Shown here: one piece after another, positions 38,934-48,450 of the stretch
Numbering within the stretch: the stretch's first letter is position 1
How the letters are laid out: the number at the start of each line of letters is the position of its first letter
From: Candidatus Marinacidobacterales bacterium
GTDB taxonomy: Bacteria; Acidobacteriota; Vicinamibacteria; Marinacidobacterales; DATDRI01
Assembly (NCBI GenBank): GCA_965226495.1
Contig: OZ245365.1
Location: forward strand, 224,001 to 288,000
Direction: 5' to 3'
Length of the DNA stretch: 64,000 nucleotides
Program-made: the position numbers and the translations under genes
Notes under the pieces: model-generated
What the model was told of the DNA's origin: nothing
The model's input: the letters and a program-made list of their open reading frames with translations, nothing else
Databases searched by the model: none

Positions 38934-40121
38934 TTACGGGGTTCCGGAGACTCCGGCGGGGACTACACCGCGGGTGAGCTTCGCCCGGTGCTCTTCTGCC
39001 TCGAAGCGGTTTTTCAGCCTCTGGTAGACGTTCATGACTTTGGGAACATAGTGGCGCGTTTCCTCGGCGAGTCGACTGCTACCGGCCCGAAAGTAACGAG
39101 CGTTGCGCGGACCCCCATTGTATTCTGCGAGCACGACCTCAACGTCCTTGTGAGTGGAAAGCAAGATATCCAAATAGAGCGCAGCCATCTCGGTGTTCTT
39201 CTGAGGGTCGTAGAGCATCTCCGGCGAGTATTCCCAGCTAAGCGTTCGGGCGAGCATTCGTCCGGTCGTGGGCGCGATTTGGTAAAGGCCGGCGGCGGCG
39301 GCATGACTCGTGGCGGACGCGTTGTAACCGCTCTCTACGATTCCGACCGCCAAGAACAAGAGGGGATCAATCGTGGGATATTTCTCCGACGCTATAAGTA
39401 CGAACTGGGCATACTGGTAGGCATCGCTGATACCTATTCGATGATTGGCTCGAACGATCTCGTCGCGAATTCCCAACAACAACCTCTGGCGTTTGGAGTC
39501 GAAGCGAACTCCCGAGTTCAGTTGCTGGGTCTTTTGCTCGACCTGGGAGAGAGCCGATTCGACACGTGCGTTTATGATACGGATGTGCTGCAAGGCGATC
39601 GATGCAGTACCGGCGGCCACCAGCAATAGGAGACTCACGCCGACCAAGGCGGTGCTGCGCCACCGAGAACTCGCACGGCGCTCGTCGGCCCCAAAGCTCT
39701 CGTTTTTTTCGAGCAGATCTCTGAGCTCCTCGCGACGTGCTTCCGAAAGACCCGTGAACTCGACACCATGCAAAGCGCCGATGGGAAGGCCGTTTTGGCT
39801 CCAGACGATGCGTGCTTCGGTCTCGAAGGGTTCGCCCTTCTTGTTGAGACCAAGCTTCAGGCGAACGCTACGACCCGTCTCGAGAAGGTGATCGTTGAAG
39901 ATGCTCGCCCCGCCGTCTGACGAGCCCGTTGCTTGATGGTCCGGGCGGGAACTCTGGTTCTCGCCACCCGTGGTTTGACTGGGCGCGCTGATGTCCTTGA
40001 GGACGCCGTAGGATGGAAGAATCTGATGGTCATGAACCGTCAGGACTACGGAGTGCTGGGGTGACAATCGCGGGATCGCCCGCCTGTCCGGCCGATCTTC
40101 GAGGATCTGATTCTCGCTCAT
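38934..40121 (-). CDS. PilZ domain - TM - soluble lytic transglycosylase (SLT) fusion
   Basis: N-terminal RRAIPR, DIS, ARIVWS and HGVEF; one TM; SLT motifs VESGYN, AAGLYQI and LAEYNGG, plus ETRHYVPKV. Confidence 0.82.
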   Translation of the reverse strand: MSENQILEDRPDRRAIPRLSPQHSVVLTVHDHQILPSYGVLKDISAPSQTTGGENQSSRPDHQATGSSDGGASIFNDHLLETGRSVRLKLGLNKKGEPFETEARIVWSQNGLPIGALHGVEFTGLSEARREELRDLLEKNESFGADERRASSRWRSTALVGVSLLLLVAAGTASIALQHIRIINARVESALSQVEQKTQQLNSGVRFDSKRQRLLLGIRDEIVRANHRIGISDAYQYAQFVLIASEKYPTIDPLLFLAVGIVESGYNASATSHAAAAGLYQIAPTTGRMLARTLSWEYSPEMLYDPQKNTEMAALYLDILLSTHKDVEVVLAEYNGGPRNARYFRAGSSRLAEETRHYVPKVMNVYQRLKNRFEAEEHRAKLTRGVVPAGVSGTP

Positions 40122-40320
40122 AACGACAAACTCCCTTGCCTGCGGAGAGACTGCTCCCGCTGGCAAGCGCTCTGGTTGGGGGGAAACGCTTTTCCAGTTC
40201 GTTGGGGAACGCTCAGCATGCCCTTTTTGGATGGCCGGGTCAAGTCAGCCAGGAGGGGACTCTGCCCGAACCGGGAGGGAAAGCCTTTAACCCTTTGATT
40301 ATGCGCCGCTTAGTTTGATA

Positions 40321-40349
40321 GAAACCCTTGACGCCGGTGTTTCGTCTAA
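40321..40349 (+). promoter_or_regulatory. ECF-sigma-type promoter of the ADOP permease
   Basis: GAAACC-N16-CGTCTAA, about 40 nt before ATG 40390. Confidence 0.55.
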
Positions 40350-40389
40350 TGAGTCGTGTTCGGGTTGACTGCACTCTCGAGGTGAGAAC

Positions 40390-42840
40390 ATGGAAAAATG
40401 GCTAAGCGATTTCCGCTACGGGTTCAGAACGCTTCGAAAGAGTCCCGGCTTTACCGCCGTTGTCCTTTGCACGCTGGGGCTGGGCATCGGAGCGAACACG
40501 GCGATTTTTAGTGTGGTGCACTCGGTGCTTCTCCGACCGCTCTCCTATCGGCAGCCGGACCGTCTTGTTGCCATTTGGGAATCGCTAGTCGAGCCCGGCT
40601 TCGAGAAATTCAGGGTGGCTCCGGGCAATTACCTCGACTGGCGGCAGAACCGCGTTTTCGAGGAGATGGCGATGTTTGGGGCCTCGCGCTACAGCCTGAC
40701 GGGCGAGGGTGAGCCGGAACAACTTCTGGGAGGAAAAATCACCGAAGGCTATTTCCGTACGTTGGGTGTTGAACCGCTACTGGGACGTGTCTTCAGCCAA
40801 GAGGAGGAGACGCCCGGACGGGACAATGTCGTCCTGCTGAGCTACGGCCTCTGGCAACGCCGATTCGGCGGCAATAGCGAAATCCTAGGACAGCCCGTCA
40901 CTTTCGATGGCAACCTCTTCACCATCATCGGCGTCATGCCGCAAGGAATCTATCCCACTTGGTTGAACTCGGTGGGTCAGATCCAGTTTCGCCCCGACCA
41001 TCATCAGTTTTGGGTGCCGATGGCTTTGCCGGAGGGTTTCCGCACCACGCGGCGCTCACACGTTTTTGGTGTGCTGGCACGGCTTAGAAGCGGCGTCAGC
41101 TTCCAAGAAGCGCAACTGGAGATGGAAACCATAGGCCGAAGGTTGGAGCAAGCCTTTCCGGAGAACGCGAAAGAACGCATCGTGGTGACGCGGTTGGTAG
41201 ACGAAGTGGTCGGCGCTTTCCGTTCCGGTCTTCTCGTACTACTCGGCGCGGTGGGCCTTGTCTTGGCGATCGTGTGCGCCAACATCGCGGGATTGATGCT
41301 CGCGCGCTCTGCGTCGCGGCAAAGGGAAGTGGCTGTGCGAGCCGCCTTGGGTGCCTCAAGGGGGGACGTCGTCCGGCAGTTTTTCGCGGAGAGCCTCCTC
41401 CTCGGTCTAGGAGGTGGAGCCCTCGGTCTGGGCGCTGCCTATTTCGGCCATGCGGTTCTAACGAGGATAACGCCGCATGGGATCCCTCGCTTCGGCGATG
41501 ACCGAATCGATTTCACCGTTCTCTGCTTCGCCGCTGTCGTCTCCATCTTGGCGAGTGTGATGTTCGGGCTTGTTCCTGCCTTCCAGTTCTTGAGGCCGAA
41601 TCTTCATGAATTACTCAAAGAGGGTGGTCGAGGAACGGCAGGAGACTCGGATCGTCGACACGGGTTTCGAAGAGCCTTGGTGGTTGCCGAAGTCTCGCTA
41701 GCAGTCATGCTCGTGATCGGCGCCGGTCTGCTCATACGGAGCTTCTCGCAGCTCGTCCAGGTCGATCCCGGATTCCGTGCCGATCGGATCCTGACATTCG
41801 AGCTGGATCTGTCTCAAACAAGATATCCGCATTGGTCGCGAGTCATGAATGGGTATTCGACTATTCTCGAGCGGGTGCGCGAGCTTCCGGGGGTTCGCTC
41901 CGCAGCCATCGCCTACGATCTTCCGCTCGAGGCAAATTGGGAGACGGTTTTCCGCATTGCGGGCCGTCCCGAGCCCAGGCCTGGCGACAGTCCGGGCGCT
42001 ACGTTACGGTTGGTGAGCCCCGACTATCTCCGCACCACCGGCATCGAGCTCGTCCGCGGGCGCGCCTTCGTCGAACGGGACGATGCGGAGCATCCAGGAG
42101 TCGCCATCATTAATAGCTCGCTCGCCCGGAGGTACTTCCTCGATGAGGACCCGATGGGCCAAATCCTCCAACATCACAATACCGCCGAGGATCTTCCCAG
42201 TTCTTTCGAGATCGTGGGAATCGTCAAAGACGTCAAGTTCCGGGGGCTCGATGCCTCGGTGGAACCGGCGCTTTACCTTCCCGCGCGCCAATTCATTGTC
42301 GGGGATATGGGCGTCTTGGTTAGGACCGCCGCCGATCCGCTCGCTCTACTTCCCTCCGTGCGCGCCGAAGTGGCGGCGGTAGATCCAAACCTGCCTATCT
42401 TCAGAGTGGGGACTCTCGAAGCCTTCTTTGACAACTCTGTGGCCCAACCGCGGTTCAACATGCTGCTCCTTAGCCTCTTCGGCCTGGCGGCGCTCGTTCT
42501 CGCCGCCATCGGGATATATGGGCTGCTCTCCCACACGGTCGCCGAGCGCACACATGAGATCGGCGTGCGTATGGCACTCGGCGCGCGGGCGAAGGACGTG
42601 CTTCGGTTGTTTGTAGGCCAGGGCCTCCGCCTGACTGCGATTGGTCTTGTTCTGGGCATGGTGGGTGCGGTCGCACTCGCGCGCGTGATGGAGAGTCTGC
42701 TCTTCGGAGTGAGCTCGACCGACCCGGCGACGTTCGTCGGGGTCGTGGCGACACTGGCGGCGGTTGCCGGCCTCGCCAGCTACCTACCGGCGCGCCGGGC
42801 GACCCAGGTCGATCCTATGGTTGCGCTCAGGCACGACTAG
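40390..42840 (+). CDS. ADOP-family duplicated ABC permease (MacB/FtsX-like)
   Basis: DFRYGFRTLRKSPGF, LGIGANTAIFSVV, two FtsX domains, EIGVRMALGA, PARRATQVDPMVALR. Confidence 0.95.
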   Translation: MEKWLSDFRYGFRTLRKSPGFTAVVLCTLGLGIGANTAIFSVVHSVLLRPLSYRQPDRLVAIWESLVEPGFEKFRVAPGNYLDWRQNRVFEEMAMFGASRYSLTGEGEPEQLLGGKITEGYFRTLGVEPLLGRVFSQEEETPGRDNVVLLSYGLWQRRFGGNSEILGQPVTFDGNLFTIIGVMPQGIYPTWLNSVGQIQFRPDHHQFWVPMALPEGFRTTRRSHVFGVLARLRSGVSFQEAQLEMETIGRRLEQAFPENAKERIVVTRLVDEVVGAFRSGLLVLLGAVGLVLAIVCANIAGLMLARSASRQREVAVRAALGASRGDVVRQFFAESLLLGLGGGALGLGAAYFGHAVLTRITPHGIPRFGDDRIDFTVLCFAAVVSILASVMFGLVPAFQFLRPNLHELLKEGGRGTAGDSDRRHGFRRALVVAEVSLAVMLVIGAGLLIRSFSQLVQVDPGFRADRILTFELDLSQTRYPHWSRVMNGYSTILERVRELPGVRSAAIAYDLPLEANWETVFRIAGRPEPRPGDSPGATLRLVSPDYLRTTGIELVRGRAFVERDDAEHPGVAIINSSLARRYFLDEDPMGQILQHHNTAEDLPSSFEIVGIVKDVKFRGLDASVEPALYLPARQFIVGDMGVLVRTAADPLALLPSVRAEVAAVDPNLPIFRVGTLEAFFDNSVAQPRFNMLLLSLFGLAALVLAAIGIYGLLSHTVAERTHEIGVRMALGARAKDVLRLFVGQGLRLTAIGLVLGMVGAVALARVMESLLFGVSSTDPATFVGVVATLAAVAGLASYLPARRATQVDPMVALRHD

Positions 42841-42880
42841 CAGGGTGCTGAAAAATTCACGGCACCCTGCGCGCGAACGT

Positions 42881-42930
42881 AGCCATGAGCCCATGCGGAG
42901 TCGCCAGTCGACGGAGCATGAGGCGTGGGG
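42881..42930 (+). repeat. Dispersed palindromic element, copy 1
   Basis: 50 bp with 1 mismatch to the reverse complement of 52813-52862. Confidence 0.9.
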
Positions 42931-43089
42931 TGGGGCCCCGAGCCACTTATGGAAGAGTGAGCGCGCATTGAGCATTAGTGTCTGCTCGAGTCCTAGACAA
43001 GAAATTCCAAAGCTGACACGACCGAGTTGTAGTGTCTCGGGGGTTGATGTAGCTTGGCGGTCAGCCAAACGGTAGGAGAGAGCACAGGA

Positions 43090-46000
43090 ATGAGTCTACG
43101 GTCGGTAGTGAGTCTCGGAAGCGTACTCTTCGCGGTCATGGGGATGCAGCGCGCGTCCCCACCCATCGAGGTAAGCTTCGATCAAGGAACCAACTTCTCG
43201 GTAGCCCTCTCCCCCGACGGCTCGCACATGGTCATGGATCTTCACGGCACACTCTGGTCGCTTCCTATCGAGGGCGGCGAGGCTCAGCCGCTCACCGACG
43301 GGCTGGGCGACGATAGATTGCCCGATTACTCGCCGGACGGTACTCGTCTCGCGTTCCAGTCCTATCGTGCTGGCAGCTGGGATATCTGGGTGATGGGTAC
43401 GGACGGCAATGGACTCACCGCTTTGACGGAAGGTCGCTTCGACGACCGGGAGCCGGTCTGGTCTCCGGACGGGACACGCATCGCTTTCTCCTCGGACCGT
43501 TCCGGGAATTACGACCTTTGGATACTCGATGTGGCGCGCGGGGAGGTAACCCAACTGACGCACGATCCCGCGAACGACTACATGCCCGATTGGTCACCGG
43601 ATGGAAATGAGGTTGCCTTCATCTCCGAGCGGGGCGAGGGCAGCTCCACCGAACTGTGGCGAGTCGACACAAGAAACGGCGAAGCGGGTCGGATCGCATC
43701 GTTCGAGGGCGAGGTCGCAAGCCCGGCCTGGAGTCCGGATGGTAGGCTGATTGCGCTTCGTCGGCTCCGCGAGCGGACGTATGCACTTTCCAGCTGGCGT
43801 TTCTCGGAGGGGATCGAAAGCGATCTCGTCTTGATTTCGGCGAAGGGTGGGGAGCCGATCAAGAAGACCAGCGGGGAAGACGTGTTTCCTTTTCGACCCG
43901 CGTGGGCGCCGAATGGGGACGTCATCTACACCTCGGATGGCGAGATTCGCCGCTTGTCTGGCTCGGGAGCAGAACCGGAAGGGATTCCTTTTTCCGCCAG
44001 CGTGTTTCTTGACCGGCCCGCCTACTCCCGCCGCGCCGCCAGAATTCCAAGAGCGGGGCAACGGCTGCCGGTACGCGGCATCGTAGGGCCGTCGCTTTCT
44101 CCTGATGGCGAGAAGCTAGCCTTCTCTGCGCTCGGAGATATTTGGATCGCCTCGGCGGATGGAAAGGGGCCCGTTCCTTTCACGCGCGACGAGTATCTGG
44201 ACTCGGATCCGAGTTGGTCTCCCGATGGGAAGGAGGTCGTCTTTTCTTCCGATCGCGCGGGCACGATGGATCTCTGGAAAAAAAAGGCCGACTCCTTCCC
44301 GGGAAGCAACGCGGTGAGACTGACCGAGCTTCCGGGGGCGGAGGTCGTGCCCGTCTGGTCTCCCGATGGTCGCTGGATCGCCTACACCGACGAGCAGGAC
44401 GACCTGTACGTGATTTCTTCCAATGGTGGCGCGGCGCGGCTCATTCGGAGAAGCCGGCGCTGGGCGGGCGCGCCGAGCTGGTCGAGCGACAGCAAACACC
44501 TTGCCGTCGCGACGCTGGAACCCTACTCCACACGTTTTCGAGAAGGGATTAACCGCATCGTTGTGATCTCGAAGGACTCCGGAGTGGAGCGAGTGGTTGA
44601 GCTTTCGGATGACTTCTCCGGACGGAGCTTCGGCTCGCGCGAGGGAGACGGCCCGGTGTGGAGCCCGGACGGGCAGAAGCTCGCGTTCGCCATGGATGGC
44701 GGGCTTGCAATCCTGCCCGTTACCCCGGAAGGGGAGGCGACGGGTCCTCCGGTCACTGTCTTCGATATGCCGATCCATTTCCCGGCTTGGTCTCCCGACT
44801 CGGAGAGCCTCATCCTCCTCGCGTCTGAAAAACTAATGCGAGTCAACATCGGAAGCGGCCAGGCTAGCGAGATCACGCCCGAGTTGAGCTACCGCGTTCC
44901 TTTGGCCGGCGGGAGGATGGTGATCCGAAACGCTCGTCTCATCGACGGCACCGGGGCTCCCCCTCGCGAAGGCATGGACATTTTGATCGACGGTGACCGG
45001 ATCGAATCGGTTCAACCCGCCGGGATCGCTTCGGTCGACGATGTCCGCGTGATCGACGCGACAGGAAAGACGGTCATTCCTGGGCTCATCGACATGCACA
45101 CGCACCCGAGTCTGCCCGACTACGGCGGCCGGCAAGGGCGGCTGTGGTTGTCCTTCGGTGTCACTTCGATCCGAACTACCAGCGGCGCCATCTATCGGAC
45201 CATCGAGGAACGGGAGAGCATCGAGAGCGGGCGGCGCCTCGGTCCTCGCATTTTCAGCACCGGTTTCGCCATGGACGGAGAGCGTATCTTCTACCCGGAG
45301 TACGTGGCGCTCGAGAACGAGGGGGAGCTTCTTCGCGAGCTCGAACGAGCCTTCGCTCTCGACTATGACCTCATCAAGACCTACGTCCGTCTCCCGGACA
45401 CGCTGCAGAAGAGAGTGGTCGAGGAAGCTCATCGTAAAGGTGTGTTCGTCAGCTCTCACGAGATCTATCCGGCGGTTGCGTACGGTGTAGACGGCATCGA
45501 GCATGTGCAAGGCACCAGCCGTCGAGGCTTCTCTTCCAAAATCACCGATCTAAGAAGGAGCTACCAGGACGTTGTCGAGCTCGTCTCACGGTCCGGCGTC
45601 TTCTTCACACCGACCATCCTTCTCCAAGGGGGTTTCCGATTGGCGCTGGCTCGCGAGCCGGAGCTACTCGACGATCCTCGTCTGACCAGCCTCCTTCCCT
45701 CGTGGGTACTCGCCACCGCGCGTGGCTCGGTGGTGGGTAGCGTAAGCGAACGCGAGGAAGCCATGAAGCCGGTCTTCGCCACGGTGGACGCCATTGCGAA
45801 GGCCGGCGGTCGGCTCATCGCTGGCACTGATGCGCCCATCGTTCCGTATGGCTACGGTCTGATCCTTGAGATCGAGCAATTGTCGGAGGCTGGCCTGGGG
45901 CCGCTTCGAGCGATTCGGGCGGGCACGCTGGAAGCCGCTCACGCCCTCGGTGCATCGGACGACTTGGGTTCGATTCGTCGTGGCAAGCTGGCCGATCTGG

Positions 46001-46119
46001 TCATTTTGGAGGCCGATCCCACGGAAGACATCCGCAATCTCCGGAAGGTCGAGAGCGTGATACTAGGTGGGAAGATGGTCGAAATGTGGAAGCTCCTCGT
46101 GATCCGAGGGGCTCACTGA
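43090..46119 (+). CDS. PD40/TolB-repeat amidohydrolase
   Basis: Many WSPDG repeats, then IPGLIDMHTH, IKTY, GTDAP and GKLADLVIL. Confidence 0.92.
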   Translation: MSLRSVVSLGSVLFAVMGMQRASPPIEVSFDQGTNFSVALSPDGSHMVMDLHGTLWSLPIEGGEAQPLTDGLGDDRLPDYSPDGTRLAFQSYRAGSWDIWVMGTDGNGLTALTEGRFDDREPVWSPDGTRIAFSSDRSGNYDLWILDVARGEVTQLTHDPANDYMPDWSPDGNEVAFISERGEGSSTELWRVDTRNGEAGRIASFEGEVASPAWSPDGRLIALRRLRERTYALSSWRFSEGIESDLVLISAKGGEPIKKTSGEDVFPFRPAWAPNGDVIYTSDGEIRRLSGSGAEPEGIPFSASVFLDRPAYSRRAARIPRAGQRLPVRGIVGPSLSPDGEKLAFSALGDIWIASADGKGPVPFTRDEYLDSDPSWSPDGKEVVFSSDRAGTMDLWKKKADSFPGSNAVRLTELPGAEVVPVWSPDGRWIAYTDEQDDLYVISSNGGAARLIRRSRRWAGAPSWSSDSKHLAVATLEPYSTRFREGINRIVVISKDSGVERVVELSDDFSGRSFGSREGDGPVWSPDGQKLAFAMDGGLAILPVTPEGEATGPPVTVFDMPIHFPAWSPDSESLILLASEKLMRVNIGSGQASEITPELSYRVPLAGGRMVIRNARLIDGTGAPPREGMDILIDGDRIESVQPAGIASVDDVRVIDATGKTVIPGLIDMHTHPSLPDYGGRQGRLWLSFGVTSIRTTSGAIYRTIEERESIESGRRLGPRIFSTGFAMDGERIFYPEYVALENEGELLRELERAFALDYDLIKTYVRLPDTLQKRVVEEAHRKGVFVSSHEIYPAVAYGVDGIEHVQGTSRRGFSSKITDLRRSYQDVVELVSRSGVFFTPTILLQGGFRLALAREPELLDDPRLTSLLPSWVLATARGSVVGSVSEREEAMKPVFATVDAIAKAGGRLIAGTDAPIVPYGYGLILEIEQLSEAGLGPLRAIRAGTLEAAHALGASDDLGSIRRGKLADLVILEADPTEDIRNLRKVESVILGGKMVEMWKLLVIRGAH

Positions 46120-46505
46120 ATTTTTCTTTCCATCCGGCTGCGAAAACGCGCCACCTCGATAACGAATCGTTCGTGACTTCCGCGACCGACTTCCTCTTTC
46201 TCGTCAAACGCGGTGACGTCGAAAACGCAGCGTCTCCCATCAACCTCGGTTAGACGCGCCCGGGCCCAGACTCTCATTCCGAGCGGCGTGGCGGCGGTAT
46301 GGCTTACGTCGACTTTTGTGCCGACGGAGGATTCCCCTTCTTCGTAGAATGGCTGGAGCAAATGATGGGCGGCCATTTCCATCAAGCGGATCATCTCCGC
46401 GGTGGCTAGAACCGGTGGGACGTCATTCAGGCCGATCACGCTGATCTCTCGTGTCACCACGCGTTCGAGCTCTTGTTCAAGTCCCGGTTTCAGATTTCCC
46501 TTCAT
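46113..46505 (-). CDS. FlK-like hotdog-fold thioesterase
   Basis: VLATAEMIRLMEMAA, SVGTKVDVSHTAATPLG, GSHERFVI. Confidence 0.88.
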   Translation of the reverse strand: MKGNLKPGLEQELERVVTREISVIGLNDVPPVLATAEMIRLMEMAAHHLLQPFYEEGESSVGTKVDVSHTAATPLGMRVWARARLTEVDGRRCVFDVTAFDEKEEVGRGSHERFVIEVARFRSRMERKIQ

Positions 46506-46569
46506 GTCTTGAGCATCTCTCGAAATGAACACTAGACTCAAACGGCGAGACGATCAAGCGCTGTAAATG

Positions 46570-47469
46570 TCAACCTAAGTTTCCGCCCAACGCCGCGATC
46601 TCGCGAGCCAGATCTGCGAGGTAGGGAATGCCATCGCGCAACCGCGCACCGTGCCATGAGAGAAGCTGCCCGTCCACCAGAAGAGTTCTTCCCTTCAGAC
46701 TCGAGGGATCGCCCGTCGCCCTCAGGAACTCCGTCGTGTGTTTGGCCTCGAAGGGGAAGGGTTCTGAGCTGAAGAGAACGACGTCTGGACGTAGCTCCTC
46801 AATCTCGGCTACCGTGAGCTGCGGGTAGCGACCGGCCTCCGGGGCGATGACGTTTCGACCTCCCGCCTCGCGAATGAGCGCGTCGATGAAGGTCGCAGTG
46901 CCGGCGGCCATGTAGGGCTTCTGCCAGATGAGGTACAGGAAGCGAAATGGCGCCCGGGTGCGAGACTCCTGGGTCAGATTCGTCCGGGCGAGAGCAAGGT
47001 TATCGATGAGCTTACGTGCTGCGTCGTCGCACTGGAGCAGCACGCCGAGTATTCGCAGTTCTTCGAGTGCGGTAGTGAGATCTCGCGGGAAGGCTACGTA
47101 CACAGGTGCCACCGTGTCCAATTCAGTTACATCCTGTTCTCGGTTTTCTTCCTTGTTGCCCAGGATTAAATCCGGCTTGAGGCTGCGGATGACATCGAGT
47201 CGAGGGCTCTTCGTGCCGCCGACGACGGAGGTCTTCTCCCGGGCCTCGGGTGGGAGCACGCAATAGCGGGTCACCCCCACCAAGCGGTCACCGGCGCCGA
47301 GGGCATGGACCGACTCGGTTGTCGAAGGCACCAAGCTGATGATGCGCCGGGGAGGGAGGGTCAGGCTTATGGCCGCGCCCCTCGCATCCGTCAGAGAGAT
47401 CACCGACGCATTATAGCCGTGCCCCTCCGTACATGAAGGACCCGAGGTGTTGATACTGGGGCCTTCCAT
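46570..47469 (-). CDS. BtuF-like helical-backbone metal/cobalamin-binding protein
   Basis: RIISLVPSTTE, GVTRYC, GGTKSP, SSEPFPF, VDGQLLSWHG; start uncertain (GTG ~47403 possible). Confidence 0.85.
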   Translation of the reverse strand: MEGPSINTSGPSCTEGHGYNASVISLTDARGAAISLTLPPRRIISLVPSTTESVHALGAGDRLVGVTRYCVLPPEAREKTSVVGGTKSPRLDVIRSLKPDLILGNKEENREQDVTELDTVAPVYVAFPRDLTTALEELRILGVLLQCDDAARKLIDNLALARTNLTQESRTRAPFRFLYLIWQKPYMAAGTATFIDALIREAGGRNVIAPEAGRYPQLTVAEIEELRPDVVLFSSEPFPFEAKHTTEFLRATGDPSSLKGRTLLVDGQLLSWHGARLRDGIPYLADLAREIAALGGNLG

Positions 47470-47471
47470 TA

Positions 47472-47570
47472 CTCCCTCTCTGTCAGGGAGAGAGCTGCGG
47501 TGAGGGTGGCAATGGAAGTCCCTTTCCGTTTGCTCCCTCTCCCTCAGGGAGAGGGCCGGGGTGAGGGTGG
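47472..47570. repeat. Two REP-like palindromes (CCCTCTCCC-N-GGGAGAGGG...GGTGAGGG type), 38 bp each
   Basis: 47472-47509 (degenerate) and 47533-47570; a related fragment lies near 50031-50050. Confidence 0.8.
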
Positions 47571-47729
47571 TTCAACACTCCGGGGCGAGGTTTCCATCCT
47601 CCGGATAGGTGGGAGTTTACGGGGCCCCACCACGCGGGTCGGCCAGTGGCGAGGACGGGTTGCGAGTTCCGACCGAGACGTGAGGTGGCTCGCGGGGGCA
47701 TCTGGAGCGGCTTTTTTTCATTTCTTCTC

Positions 47730-47758
47730 TTGCAGGATCGGCCGCTCGCTATTAGAAT
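47730..47758 (+). promoter_or_regulatory. Sigma-70-type promoter of the HU gene
   Basis: TTGCAG-N17-TAGAAT with a T-rich upstream tract. Confidence 0.6.
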
Positions 47759-47881
47759 ACGCGGATTAGACTCGCTCCACTGATACAAATTGGGTGCAGA
47801 GGACGAGCAGGGTGGAGCCATTTGGCGGCGCCCTGGAGTGTGTTGCTTGTAGTGTAAGTCTTTTCGAAAGGAGACAGCGGA

Positions 47882-48181
47882 ATGGCGACTAAGGCAATGA
47901 CCAAGACTCAGACCGTCAGCTACATAGCGGAAAAGGCCAACCTCAGCAAGAAGGAGGCGGCTGGAATTCTCGAGGAGCTAGCGGATCTGGCGGTCAGGGA
48001 GACCAAGCGAGCCGGGCAGTTCGTCATCCCAGGGATCGGTAAGCTCGTCAAGGCTCACCGAAAGGCCAGGAAAGGGCGCAATCCTCAGACCGGCGAAGAG
48101 ATTCAGATCGCGGCCAAGACGGTGGTGAAGTTCCGCGTGGCCAAGGCGTGCAAGGACGCGGTCGTTCCGCCGAAGAAGTAG
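47882..48181 (+). CDS. hup: HU family DNA-binding protein
   Basis: IPGIGKL, RKARKGRNPQTGEEIQIAAKTVVKFR; AAGGAG RBS. Confidence 0.95.
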   Translation: MATKAMTKTQTVSYIAEKANLSKKEAAGILEELADLAVRETKRAGQFVIPGIGKLVKAHRKARKGRNPQTGEEIQIAAKTVVKFRVAKACKDAVVPPKK

Positions 48182-48450
48182 TTCCGGGAACGTTTTCCTG
48201 TTCGAGTGCTGACTCGCCCGGAGGACTCTCCCCAACGGTAGAGCCCTCCGGCCAGCCGTTCTCTCGGTATCGGCACCTCCCAACCCTCCTTCGTCGTCAT
48301 GGGCTAGCTCGGGAAGACCGGGCTCCGTGCGGCTACAGCGTTAGCGTCTGCAGTCGTCGCCCAAGGCAGCTCCGAGGCCTTCGAACCGATCTGAAAACTG
48401 TGATAGTTTCCTGCCCGACTTAACCTAATTAGAAGATGAGGGAAGCTCCA

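Noticed and set aside
47472-47570. Palindromic repeats as a novel ncRNA
   Set aside because: They match a widespread REP-like CCCTCTCCC/GGGAGAGGG element, so they are listed as a feature only.
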